A DNA stretch of 64,000 nt from Candidatus Peribacteraceae bacterium (GTDB lineage: Bacteria > Patescibacteriota > Gracilibacteria > Peribacterales > Peribacteraceae): the NCBI GenBank assembly GCA_028711345.1, contig JAQTSK010000002.1:228-64227 (forward strand), written 5' to 3'. A program made the position numbers and the translations under genes. This document shows positions 55,988-64,000 of the stretch, piece after piece. Below the pieces are notes generated by a model. That model was not told the origin of the DNA and did no database searches. It was given only the letters and a program-made list of their open reading frames with translations. How positions within the stretch are numbered: position 1 is the first letter of the stretch; every line of letters starts with the position of its first letter.

Positions 55988-56293
55988 TCACGTCTCCTCT
56001 CCTTCAATGGCAGACGCCTCTCGGATTGCGGAGTATATTTTTTCCGAGAGCTTATTTTTACCGTCACATTTCATTATCATACCTTCACCAAAAGTCCAAC
56101 CTCCCAAACTCTCAATTTCTGCTGGTGTTAGATTGCAGCAATGGAGCGCAACAAGATACTGTCGTGTGTTCGCTTCTAGTTTTGCAAGCGCTGCGTCCAA
56201 AAATGGCAGAGCTTCAATAACTCCTTCCTTATCATCAAAACCAATTCCGATGAGAAGATTGACTTTATCGGCTAGTCTTAGTTCGAGTCCCAT
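55988..56293 (-). CDS. hypothetical protein, antisense to the aro operon in an AT-rich insert
   Basis: 101-aa ORF. The in-frame upstream sequence has no ATG, so it may be N-terminally decayed. Confidence 0.3.
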   Translation of the reverse strand: MGLELRLADKVNLLIGIGFDDKEGVIEALPFLDAALAKLEANTRQYLVALHCCNLTPAEIESLGGWTFGEGMIMKCDGKNKLSEKIYSAIREASAIEGEET

Positions 56294-56394
56294 ATTATCT
56301 ATTATATTAAAATTCTCTTTAACAATGTCAATATTAGAAGCGTCGAAAAAATTCTATTCAGCATTATAATTTTTTTCATTCTACATTCCGATTT

Positions 56395-57423
56395 ATGTCC
56401 TCCAACTCCTTCGGATCCCTTCTCCGGCTCACGACCTTCGGTGAATCGCATGGCGCAGCACTCGGCGCGGTCATCGACGGTTGTCCCGCAGGCATTCGAT
56501 TGTCCGAAAAAGATTTCGAAACTGAATTGAAGCGGCGGCGACCGGGGCAGAGTGCGGTGACGACAAGCCGCAGTGAGGAAGATCGTCCGGTGATTCTATC
56601 GGGCATCTTCGAAGGCAAAACCACTGGAATGCCGATTGCCGTCATTGTCGAGAACAAAGCGCAGCGGTCGCAGGATTATGACAAATTGAAGACTGTCTTC
56701 AGGCCGGGGCATGCTGATGAAGTCTACGATTCAAAATATGGTATTCGCGATTATCGCGGCGGCGGCAGGTCGTCGGGGCGCGAAACATTGGCGAGAGTGA
56801 TCGGTGGTGTGGTTGCCCGGAAGATCTTGCCGAAGAACGTGACGATCATCGGACACACGGTGAACGTCGGCGGCATCGAGATCGAGACGTTCGATCCGAC
56901 GGTGATCGAGAAGAACCCGATGAGATGCGCGGATATGGAGGCAGCGAAGGAGATGGAGAAGTACGTGCTGGAGCTCAAGTCGAAGGGTGATTCCATCGGC
57001 GGGATTATCTCTGTATTGATTCAAAGTCCCCCGAAGAACCTTGGTGATCCGGTGTTCGGCAAATTGAAATCACGGCTTGCAGACGCCATTATGTCGATTG
57101 GCGCTGTCACGGGATTCTCGTACGGAGCAGGATTCGATGTCGCGTACATGCGAGGGAGTGAGTATGTGAAGGATGCACAGAATTTTGGCGGCATCCTCGG
57201 CGGCATTTCCACAGGCGACGACATTGTCCTGAGTGTCGCCGTGAAGTCGCCATCATCCGTCGGCAAAATTGCCAAGGAAGGCCGCCACGATCCGTGCATC
57301 GTCCCGCGCGTCATTCCGGTCGTGGAGGCGATGACGGCGCTGGTGCTGGCGGATTGTTGGTTGTTACAGAAAGCGTACGCACGGGAGCGATCAGCGATCA
57401 GCGATCAGCGATCAGCTGTGTAA
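56395..57423 (+). CDS. aroC: chorismate synthase
   Basis: ..LRLTTFGESHG.A.G.VIDG.PAG..; ..RPGHAD..Y..KYG.RD.RGGGRSS.RET.. Confidence 0.95.
   Translation: MSSNSFGSLLRLTTFGESHGAALGAVIDGCPAGIRLSEKDFETELKRRRPGQSAVTTSRSEEDRPVILSGIFEGKTTGMPIAVIVENKAQRSQDYDKLKTVFRPGHADEVYDSKYGIRDYRGGGRSSGRETLARVIGGVVARKILPKNVTIIGHTVNVGGIEIETFDPTVIEKNPMRCADMEAAKEMEKYVLELKSKGDSIGGIISVLIQSPPKNLGDPVFGKLKSRLADAIMSIGAVTGFSYGAGFDVAYMRGSEYVKDAQNFGGILGGISTGDDIVLSVAVKSPSSVGKIAKEGRHDPCIVPRVIPVVEAMTALVLADCWLLQKAYARERSAISDQRSAV
57387..57416. repeat. tandem heptamer (GCGATCA)x4 at the 3' end of aroC
   Basis: Four exact units at 57387-57414 plus a partial GC. Encodes the ..RSAISDQRSAV tail. Confidence 0.9.
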
Positions 57424-57469
57424 TCAAGGGTTCCAAGTATTCCTTTTCCCAATATTTCAATCCCCCCAT

Positions 57470-57748
57470 ATGCCCTCCTCTGACCCCGTCACCGTCGGCG
57501 AAATCCGTGAAGCCATCGACGAAGCGGATTCGCTTCTGATCCGCGCACTCGGCGCACGTTTCCGCGGCGTGGATTTCCTCCGTCGCCTGAAGAAATTCGA
57601 GAGAATCCGGATCGAAGACCCCGTTCGCGAGCAGGAGCTGAAAGCCAAGTGGAAGAAGGAAGCCAGGGAGTGCAAGGTGCCGGAGCATTTGGCGCTCCTG
57701 ATGCTGGATTTTATTCTTTCCGAATCGAAAAGGATTCAGGAATCGTGA
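57470..57748 (+). CDS. AroQ-class chorismate mutase
   Basis: ..IREAIDEADSLLIRALGARF......K......I.DP.RE.E... 92 aa. Confidence 0.7.
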   Translation: MPSSDPVTVGEIREAIDEADSLLIRALGARFRGVDFLRRLKKFERIRIEDPVREQELKAKWKKEARECKVPEHLALLMLDFILSESKRIQES

Positions 57749-57786
57749 TGATTTCCCCGCTCCGATTTGCCGGCGATTATTTCGCG

Positions 57787-57848
57787 GCAGCGATTCGACA
57801 ATCGCTGCGGTTGTTCGTATTCTGCCGCGGCGATTTTCGAATCGCCGC
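57787..57848. repeat. REP-like tandem hairpins (same family as 5235-5279)
   Basis: GCAGCGATT-CGAC-AATCGCTGC and GCGGCGATT-TTCG-AATCGCCGC. The second hairpin plus TACGGAG is identical to 5258-5286. Confidence 0.8.
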
Positions 57849-57869
57849 TACGGAGTTCACATTATTTTT

Positions 57870-58718
57870 ATGATAATTTCCACTCGTCATTCCATCGGCA
57901 TCATCGGCGGCGAAGGCCGGACCGGCGGGCAATTTGCACGTTTATTCAAGAAACACGGATTCACAGTGCGCGCGACCGGGTCGAAGACGAAGCGACAGAA
58001 TGAATCGATTCTTCGGAATTGTGACATCGTCATTTTCGCTCTGCCGCTCAAGTCCGCGGCGACGATGATCACCGGATTTTCAAAGAAGGCTCGGCGCAAA
58101 GATCAATTGCTGCTTGATCTGAGTTCGCTCAAGGTGAACGAGGTGAAGGCGATGCTCTGCGGCGCGGGGGAAGTCATCGGCATGCATCCGCTCTTCGGAC
58201 CGTCGACGGATCCCAAAGGTGAGACGATCATCCTCTGTCCCGCACGTGTCCGGAAGGAAACGATGACATCGCTGACGAATGTTCTGCATCGTCTGGGGCT
58301 CAAGACCGTCGTCATGACTCCCGGGGAACACGACCGCTTCATGGCCATCGTGCAGGTGATTCCGCACCTCAAGAGCCTGCTGATGGCCGAGGTCATGCGC
58401 TCCATGAAGATCGATTTTTCGAAAGTGCTCAGCATGTGTACGCCGACCTACGAAATGGAGTTCAACATCGTCGGACGTTTTCTGGACGATCATCCGGGTT
58501 TGTACATGCCCATCATTTTCCGTAATCCGGAAACGAAGCGCATCCTCCGGCTCATGGAGAAATCCGTGAAGAATCTTACGACGCTGGCATCGAAAGACAA
58601 TTTGAACGCTGCGGAAAAACGCTACAGCGCCTGCCGTCGATTTTTTGAGCCGCATCTGAACAAGGCCCGCTCCCACAGCGAAGCCTGCATCCGTACCCTC
58701 CTCTCCCTCTCCCGATGA
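57870..58718 (+). CDS. tyrA: prephenate dehydrogenase
   Basis: Rossmann motif IGIIGGEGRTGGQFARLF; ..GMHPLFGP.., ..HD...A..Q..PH... Confidence 0.8.
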   Translation: MIISTRHSIGIIGGEGRTGGQFARLFKKHGFTVRATGSKTKRQNESILRNCDIVIFALPLKSAATMITGFSKKARRKDQLLLDLSSLKVNEVKAMLCGAGEVIGMHPLFGPSTDPKGETIILCPARVRKETMTSLTNVLHRLGLKTVVMTPGEHDRFMAIVQVIPHLKSLLMAEVMRSMKIDFSKVLSMCTPTYEMEFNIVGRFLDDHPGLYMPIIFRNPETKRILRLMEKSVKNLTTLASKDNLNAAEKRYSACRRFFEPHLNKARSHSEACIRTLLSLSR

Positions 58719-59527
58719 CAACACTTCCTTCCATCAAGAAGATCCACACGCTCGGTCCGGCCGGCACGTTCTCGCATGAAGCCGCGGAGAAGATTTTTCC
58801 CAAGGGAGACGTCGTCTTCGACCCGAACTTCGATGCGCTGTTCTCATCGCTTGCGGCGCATCCGACGGACATTGGCGTGGTCCCTATCGAGAACAGTCTG
58901 CACGGTTCCATCGATGAGGTGCTGGATCTGCTGTACGAGTCGAAGGACGTGCGGATCATCCGGACGCACGACGTGGCCATCGTGCATGCGTTCGGTGCAT
59001 TGGATCCGAAGAAGGTGACGAAAGTCGCCAGCCATCCGCAGGCGCTGCGTCAGTGTCGTCTCTGGCTCAAAGCGCATTTCCCGCATGCGGAACATTTTCC
59101 CGTGAGCTCAACAGCCAAAGCCGCTGACCTTGCGAAGGGGGATCCGTCATTCGGCGCCATTTCCTCCGCGAAGGTTCTCAGGAAAGCGGGACTGAAAGTC
59201 ATCGCCGAAAATACGGAAGGGGAGGGGAATACCACCCGCTTCGCAATCATTTCGGCAGCCGATCACTTTCCGGCTTTCAAGCGCACGCGTATGACCGTCG
59301 TGCTGAATCCATCGGTCGATCGGCCGGGGTTACTCCACGCACTGCTGACACCGTTCAAGGTCTACGATATCAACATCACGCGCATCGAGAGCCGGCCGCT
59401 CGGGACGAAGTTCGGGAGCTACGTTTTCTACCTCGATTTTCTGGGGAACAGCGCCGATCCGCGGACGAAAAAAGTAATGGAAGAACTGCGGGAGCTTGCG
59501 GAAATCAAGGTGCTGGGGGAGTGGTGA
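58715..59527 (+). CDS. pheA: prephenate dehydratase with C-terminal ACT domain
   Basis: ..LGPAGTFSHEAA.., ..VPIENSLHGSI.., ..TRF..I.., ACT ..RPGLLH..L..F....INITRIESRP... ATGA overlap with tyrA. Confidence 0.9.
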   Translation: MTTLPSIKKIHTLGPAGTFSHEAAEKIFPKGDVVFDPNFDALFSSLAAHPTDIGVVPIENSLHGSIDEVLDLLYESKDVRIIRTHDVAIVHAFGALDPKKVTKVASHPQALRQCRLWLKAHFPHAEHFPVSSTAKAADLAKGDPSFGAISSAKVLRKAGLKVIAENTEGEGNTTRFAIISAADHFPAFKRTRMTVVLNPSVDRPGLLHALLTPFKVYDINITRIESRPLGTKFGSYVFYLDFLGNSADPRTKKVMEELRELAEIKVLGEW

Positions 59528-59671
59528 GGTGGAGATCCGGGATCAGTAATCAAAGGATCGGGGGTGACCTCCGGAATTTCGGAGAAAAACTCTTGAGAAA
59601 ACCGCAACTTTCTGCTACAATAAAGAGATTTGTGGCGCGCGTGCGTGAAAAACACACACAAACCAAAACCG

Positions 59672-60892
59672 ATGTCATTACATACGCTCATGTTCGGCTG
59701 GGAATATCCTCCTGTCCACTGCGGCGGTCTGGGAGTGGCTTGCCAGGGGATCGTTCGCGGGCTGAAAGCTCATGGAACGCACGTGACGTTGGTGTTGCCG
59801 CATGACACGGCGAGCGAGGACGGGGTATCCATCCTGACTCCCGCCGATCTGGGTGTGGCGGGATTGATCTCGGTTCAAACGAGGCTGCATCCCTACGATT
59901 CGGTGGAAACGTTCGCCGCACGTATCGCGGCTCAGGAGGCAGATCCGGCTCTGCAGGAACTCTACGGCACCGATCTCGGTGACGCGGTGGAGCGGTACAC
60001 GGCGACGGCGGTGGAACTGACGAAGAACGTGCCTGCGGACATCGTGCATACGCATGACTGGATGACGCTTGGTGCCGGCGCTCGCGCCGCCAAAGCGTTG
60101 CGTAAGCCGCTGGTGGCGCACGTACACGCGACGGAATTGGATCGCACCGAGTTCCATCCCAACGCATGGATCTACGCACAGGAATTGAAAGGATTGCAGT
60201 CTGCCGATCACGTCCTTGCCGTCAGCTCGTATACCAAGAATCTCCTCGTCCGGGAGTACGGCATCCGTGCGGACAAAATTACGGTGCTCCACAACGGCGC
60301 ATTTGCAGTGCCGACGCACAATCGACCGTTTGAGAAGCACGGGAAGCGGCATCCGCTGGTCTTATTCCTCGGTCGTCTGACGGTGCAGAAGGGCGTTACG
60401 TACTTCCTGCGTGCTGCGCGGAAGATCGCCGACCACCGTTCGGATGTCCGTTTCGTTGTCGCCGGTGACGGGTACCTGCTTCCGCAGCTTATCGCGCAGG
60501 CTTGTGACATGGGACTGGCAGACCGGATCATTTTCGCAGGCCGCGTGACGAACGCCGAGGCGCGTCAGCTCTATCGTAAAGCGGACTGCTTCGTCATGCC
60601 GTCCGTCTCCGAACCGTTCGGTCTGGTCGCTCTCGAGGCGATCACCCACGGCGCTCCGGTGGTGATGAGCCGCCAGTCCGGTGCCGCCGAAGTCATACAG
60701 AATTCTCTGCTGGTCGATTTCTGGGATACGGACAAGATGGCGGACTGCATTCTGACCGTGCTTCGCGAGGAGCCGCTGCGCCGCGCGATGCATTCGCAGA
60801 CACCGCGTATCCTCCGCAACCTCACATGGGAGCGGCAGGCGGGGAAGATCCTCGCAACATACCGGAATGTCATCGGAGGGCGGAATGGATAA
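59672..60892 (+). CDS. glycogen-synthase-like glycosyltransferase (GT4/GT5)
   Basis: ..FGWEYPP..CGGLGVAC.G..., ..GRLT.QKG......A......D.RFV.AGDG...., ..PS.SEPFGLVALEA...G.P.V... Confidence 0.8.
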   Translation: MSLHTLMFGWEYPPVHCGGLGVACQGIVRGLKAHGTHVTLVLPHDTASEDGVSILTPADLGVAGLISVQTRLHPYDSVETFAARIAAQEADPALQELYGTDLGDAVERYTATAVELTKNVPADIVHTHDWMTLGAGARAAKALRKPLVAHVHATELDRTEFHPNAWIYAQELKGLQSADHVLAVSSYTKNLLVREYGIRADKITVLHNGAFAVPTHNRPFEKHGKRHPLVLFLGRLTVQKGVTYFLRAARKIADHRSDVRFVVAGDGYLLPQLIAQACDMGLADRIIFAGRVTNAEARQLYRKADCFVMPSVSEPFGLVALEAITHGAPVVMSRQSGAAEVIQNSLLVDFWDTDKMADCILTVLREEPLRRAMHSQTPRILRNLTWERQAGKILATYRNVIGGRNG

Positions 60893-61003
60893 TTGATAAT
60901 TGAAAATTGATAATTACTTTCAGGCGTTGCCTTCTCTCCATCGAACACAACTTGATTCACAGCACAAAAAATTATCCATTATCCATTCTCAATTATCCAT
61001 TAC
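60883..61003. repeat. empty low-complexity inverted-repeat element between the GT and GH57 genes
   Basis: 34-nt arms 60883-60916 and 60970-61003, 29/34 complementary. The left arm contains the GT stop codon. Confidence 0.75.
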
Positions 61004-61007
61004 ACCA

Positions 61008-62300
61008 ATGTCCTCCAAGCGCATCACCACTCCGGCAGTCTGCTTCTATTTTCAGGTTCACCAGCCGTACAGGTTGAATGACCTGCGTATCACGGACATC
61101 GGCAGTGTCGGGCCGGCCGGATACTTCGATGCGACGAAGAACCATGCGATCTTCCGCAAGGTGGCCGAAAAATGCTATCTGCCTGCGAATGCGCTGATGC
61201 TGACGTTGCTCCGCGATCATCCGGATTTCAAGGTCGCATACTCGCTCTCCGGCGTCTTCCTCGACCAGTGCCGCGAGTATGGACAGGATGTGCTGGATTC
61301 CTTCCGCGCATTGGCGAAGACAGGACAAGTCGAATTTCTGGCTGAAACGTACTATCACTCGCTCTCTTCTCTGTTCTCACTCGGTGAGTTCTGTGAGCAG
61401 GTGAAGCGGCATGCCGATACCATTGAGGAATTATTTGGAGAACGCCCCACCGTGTTCCGCAACACCGAGCTGGTGTTCTCGAACGAGATTGCCGAGATCG
61501 CACGTCTGCTCGGGTTTAAGGGAATTCTTGCCGAAGGTGCGGATCATTTGCTGAAGGGGAGAGAGGCGACAACGCTCTACCGCCCTCCGCGTTTCGCCTT
61601 GCCGTCCGCATCGAAGCGCATCATCGCACGTCACAGGATTCATCCGCGGAGCGCCGCAACGACGAAAATCCTCCTCAAGCACTACCGTCTCTCGGATGAC
61701 ATCGCTTTCCGCTTTTCGAACCGTACGTGGCCCGGTTATCCGCTGAAGTCCGAGACATTCGTTTCGTGGGTACGCGAGAACCCCGGTTTCACGACGAATC
61801 TCTTCATGGACTACGAAACGTTCGGTGAGCACCAGTGGGCCGATACGGGGATCTTTCAATTCCTAGCCGCACTGCCTGGTGAGCTCAGGCGTCAGGGTAT
61901 TCCCACGCGAACGCCATCGGAAACGATTGTCGCATGGGCACGCAGACCAATGCCGGTGCTGGATGCGCACGTGCCGTACTCATGGGCCGACACCGAACGC
62001 GATCTGTCAGCATGGAGAGGCAATCCGCTGCAGGAAGCCGCTCTCAGGAATATTTACAGTTTGGAATCACAAGTGAAGGCGTCGGGTGATCTGTTCCTCC
62101 TCGATACGTGGCGCAGACTCCAGACGTCCGATCACTTCTACTACCTCTGCACGAAGTACTGGAACGACGGCGACGTGCACCGGTACTTCAGTCCGTACGA
62201 ATCGCCGTACGAGGCGTACCGGAGGTATAGCCACGCAATCGAAGATTTGCGGTTGCAGCTGGAAAGAGCAGCCGAAGGGAAATTGATAATGGAAAATTGA
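61008..62300 (+). CDS. glycoside hydrolase family 57 (alpha-amylase/branching-enzyme-like)
   Basis: ..CFYFQVHQPYRL..., ..YLPAN..., ..DYETFGEHQW... Start moved to ATG 61008; the track N-terminus translates a repeat arm. Confidence 0.8.
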   Translation: MSSKRITTPAVCFYFQVHQPYRLNDLRITDIGSVGPAGYFDATKNHAIFRKVAEKCYLPANALMLTLLRDHPDFKVAYSLSGVFLDQCREYGQDVLDSFRALAKTGQVEFLAETYYHSLSSLFSLGEFCEQVKRHADTIEELFGERPTVFRNTELVFSNEIAEIARLLGFKGILAEGADHLLKGREATTLYRPPRFALPSASKRIIARHRIHPRSAATTKILLKHYRLSDDIAFRFSNRTWPGYPLKSETFVSWVRENPGFTTNLFMDYETFGEHQWADTGIFQFLAALPGELRRQGIPTRTPSETIVAWARRPMPVLDAHVPYSWADTERDLSAWRGNPLQEAALRNIYSLESQVKASGDLFLLDTWRRLQTSDHFYYLCTKYWNDGDVHRYFSPYESPYEAYRRYSHAIEDLRLQLERAAEGKLIMEN

Positions 62301-62413
62301 TAATGGAAAATTGTCTGTCTTTCTCATTGATGACCATGGTATTTACAACTCCAATCTTCATGTCCTCTCTGCACAAAATAATTATCAATTTTCAATTATC
62401 CATTATCAATTCC
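62278..62413. repeat. empty low-complexity inverted-repeat element between the GH57 and GH15 genes
   Basis: Arms 62278-62314 and 62380-62413 built of ATTGATAATGGAAAA words. The right arm is 32/34 complementary to 60883-60916. Confidence 0.7.
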
Positions 62414-62438
62414 GTTCCGTCTCTCTAATCACAACTTT

Positions 62439-64000
62439 ATGCCAAGATCTCTCGTTCTAGGCAACGGCTCCATGCTCGCGACGTTCGATGATTTCCTCCA
62501 ACTGCGGGATTTCTATTACCCGTATGTCGGGGAGGAAGATCACACGACGTACGGGAAATTTCATAGAGTCGGATTTTTAGTGGAAGGGAAAGGCTTCTCA
62601 TGGATCAATGACGGCAGTTGGACGGTGAAGGCGGGTTACTCGCAGGATTCGCTTGTCTCGACATCCATACTGGCATCGGAAAAGCTGGGTCTCAAGATTC
62701 TCTCCGAGGATTTCGTCGATCCGACCAAAGACATTCTGGTCCGCTCGTTCAAGCTGCAGACCACTGACGGCAAAGAACGGAAGGTGCAGTGCTTCTTCCA
62801 CCACGATTTCTACATCTACGGAGACAAGCAGAAAGATACGGCGTTTTATGAGCCTCACACGAAGAGCGTGATTCATTACCGTCAGCGGCGCTACTTCCTC
62901 GTCGGCGGAACCACGTCGGATCCGGTGAACTGTCAGACCAGTGAGGTTCCCGACGACTTTCATCCGCTGAGCCGTGATGAGAAGCACATTGATCACTGCG
63001 GCATCACGTCGTTCTCCATCGGCAAGGCGAACTACCGCGGGTTGGAAGGAACGTGGCGGGACGCGGAGGACGGCATTCTCAGTCGATACCCCATCGAGCA
63101 GGGCTCGGTCGATTCCACGGTGGAGATCGACTGTCTGGCATCCGGACGGGGGAGCTGGGTTTATCTGTGGATCTGCGCGGGTCAGAACATTTCCGCCGTG
63201 CATGACTTGCAGCATTTCCTGCTGGAGGAGACGCCTGATCAGGTCAAGCAGTCCGCACGCAATTACTGGCGCGGATGGGTCGCAGCGCATGCGGATCCGG
63301 GTGAGGCGGTGCCTGCGAGCGTCCACGATCTCTTCGTCCGCAGTCTCCTTACCATCCGCACGCAGGCGGATAACCATGGCGGGATTCTGGCGGCGAACGA
63401 CAGTGACATCATGCAGTTCAACCGCGATACCTACACGTACGTCTGGCCCCGCGACGGCGCGTTCGTCTCCATGGCTCTGACGCGTGCGGGGCAGACCGAG
63501 GTCGTGCGTCGCTTCCTCTCCTTCTGTGAGAAAGCGCAGACCAAGGAGGGGTATCTGCTCCACAAGTACAATCCGGACGGATCGGCGGGATCCTCGTGGC
63601 ATCCGTGGTATCGCGCACGGCAATCGGTGCTTCCGGTGCAGGGCGACGAAACCGCATTGCCGCTTCTGGCACTCTGGAAACACTTCGAGAAGACGCAGGA
63701 TTTCGAGTTTCTACACAGTCTCTATCAATCGTTCGTAAAGCGGGCTGCGGACTTTTTGACGCGATTTACCGAGCCCGACACCGGCTTACCGCTCCCCAGT
63801 TACGATCCGTGGGAGGAACACCGCGGCATCTTCACGTACACGACGGCAGCCACCTGTGCCGGTTTGCGTGCCGCTGCCAGCATCTCCGAGGCGCTCGGTC
63901 ACTTCCGGCATGCGGCGCGGTACGGTGAGGCGGCGGACCGCATGACTGATTCACTCCTCATCCATCTCTTCGACGGACAGACCAAGTGTTTCCTCAAGAA
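62439..64000 (+). CDS. glycoside hydrolase family 15 (glucoamylase/glucodextranase-like), partial; continues past the window end
   Basis: Own translation MPRSLVLGNGSMLATFDDFLQLRDFYYPYVG..GGILAANDSD...FNRDTY.YVWPRDGAF...AL...G..., ..YDPWEE..G.FTYT.A... Open at 64000, so absent from the track. Track ORF 62598-63683(-) is its shadow. Confidence 0.8.
   Translation, partial: MPRSLVLGNGSMLATFDDFLQLRDFYYPYVGEEDHTTYGKFHRVGFLVEGKGFSWINDGSWTVKAGYSQDSLVSTSILASEKLGLKILSEDFVDPTKDILVRSFKLQTTDGKERKVQCFFHHDFYIYGDKQKDTAFYEPHTKSVIHYRQRRYFLVGGTTSDPVNCQTSEVPDDFHPLSRDEKHIDHCGITSFSIGKANYRGLEGTWRDAEDGILSRYPIEQGSVDSTVEIDCLASGRGSWVYLWICAGQNISAVHDLQHFLLEETPDQVKQSARNYWRGWVAAHADPGEAVPASVHDLFVRSLLTIRTQADNHGGILAANDSDIMQFNRDTYTYVWPRDGAFVSMALTRAGQTEVVRRFLSFCEKAQTKEGYLLHKYNPDGSAGSSWHPWYRARQSVLPVQGDETALPLLALWKHFEKTQDFEFLHSLYQSFVKRAADFLTRFTEPDTGLPLPSYDPWEEHRGIFTYTTAATCAGLRAAASISEALGHFRHAARYGEAADRMTDSLLIHLFDGQTKCFLK

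Noticed and set aside
1-64000. Alternative genetic code (UGA recoding, as in some candidate phyla).
   Set aside because: TGA terminates many well-delimited genes here, including the ATGA-coupled operon, the ABC ATPase and aroB. Conserved proteins have normal lengths under the standard code.

Overview
64-kb bacterial chromosomal segment, probably from an uncultivated lineage; I cannot assign taxonomy from sequence alone. The genetic code looks standard, since TGA is used as a stop, including several ATGA start/stop overlaps. Housekeeping content: a GldA/F/G-like ABC transporter, an SLH-domain surface protein, ssrA (tmRNA), lgt, ileS, an RSH (p)ppGpp enzyme, uvrA, clpB and a hicBA pair. There is also a near-complete shikimate/Phe/Tyr supraoperon (aroF-aroB-aroA::aroK-aroD::aroE-aroC-CM-tyrA-pheA) and a glycogen-type cluster (GT, GH57, GH15). 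Accessory content: a freshly inserted IS1595 element (794-1802), and an integrative island of about 17.7 kb in the 3' end of ssrA (9902-27654). The island carries two recombinases, a Prim-Pol/helicase, a convergent pair of paralogous PD-(D/E)xK-like proteins and a 1718-aa orphan ORF. Four things stand out. (1) The island cargo, plus a serine recombinase ORF that is completed by antisense tmRNA sequence. (2) A genome-wide style of low-complexity inverted-repeat (IVS-like) elements. Some carry four-helix-bundle '23S IVS protein' genes, some are empty, and some sit in frame inside uvrA, aroD and aroA. (3) An IleRS with two histidine-phosphatase domains spliced into it. (4) A four-gene, ATGA-coupled radical-SAM/ICMT/DUF4395/Lgt membrane-lipid operon. 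Family calls rest on motif recognition by eye; no searches were run. The track allows GTG/TTG starts, so several starts were re-chosen.
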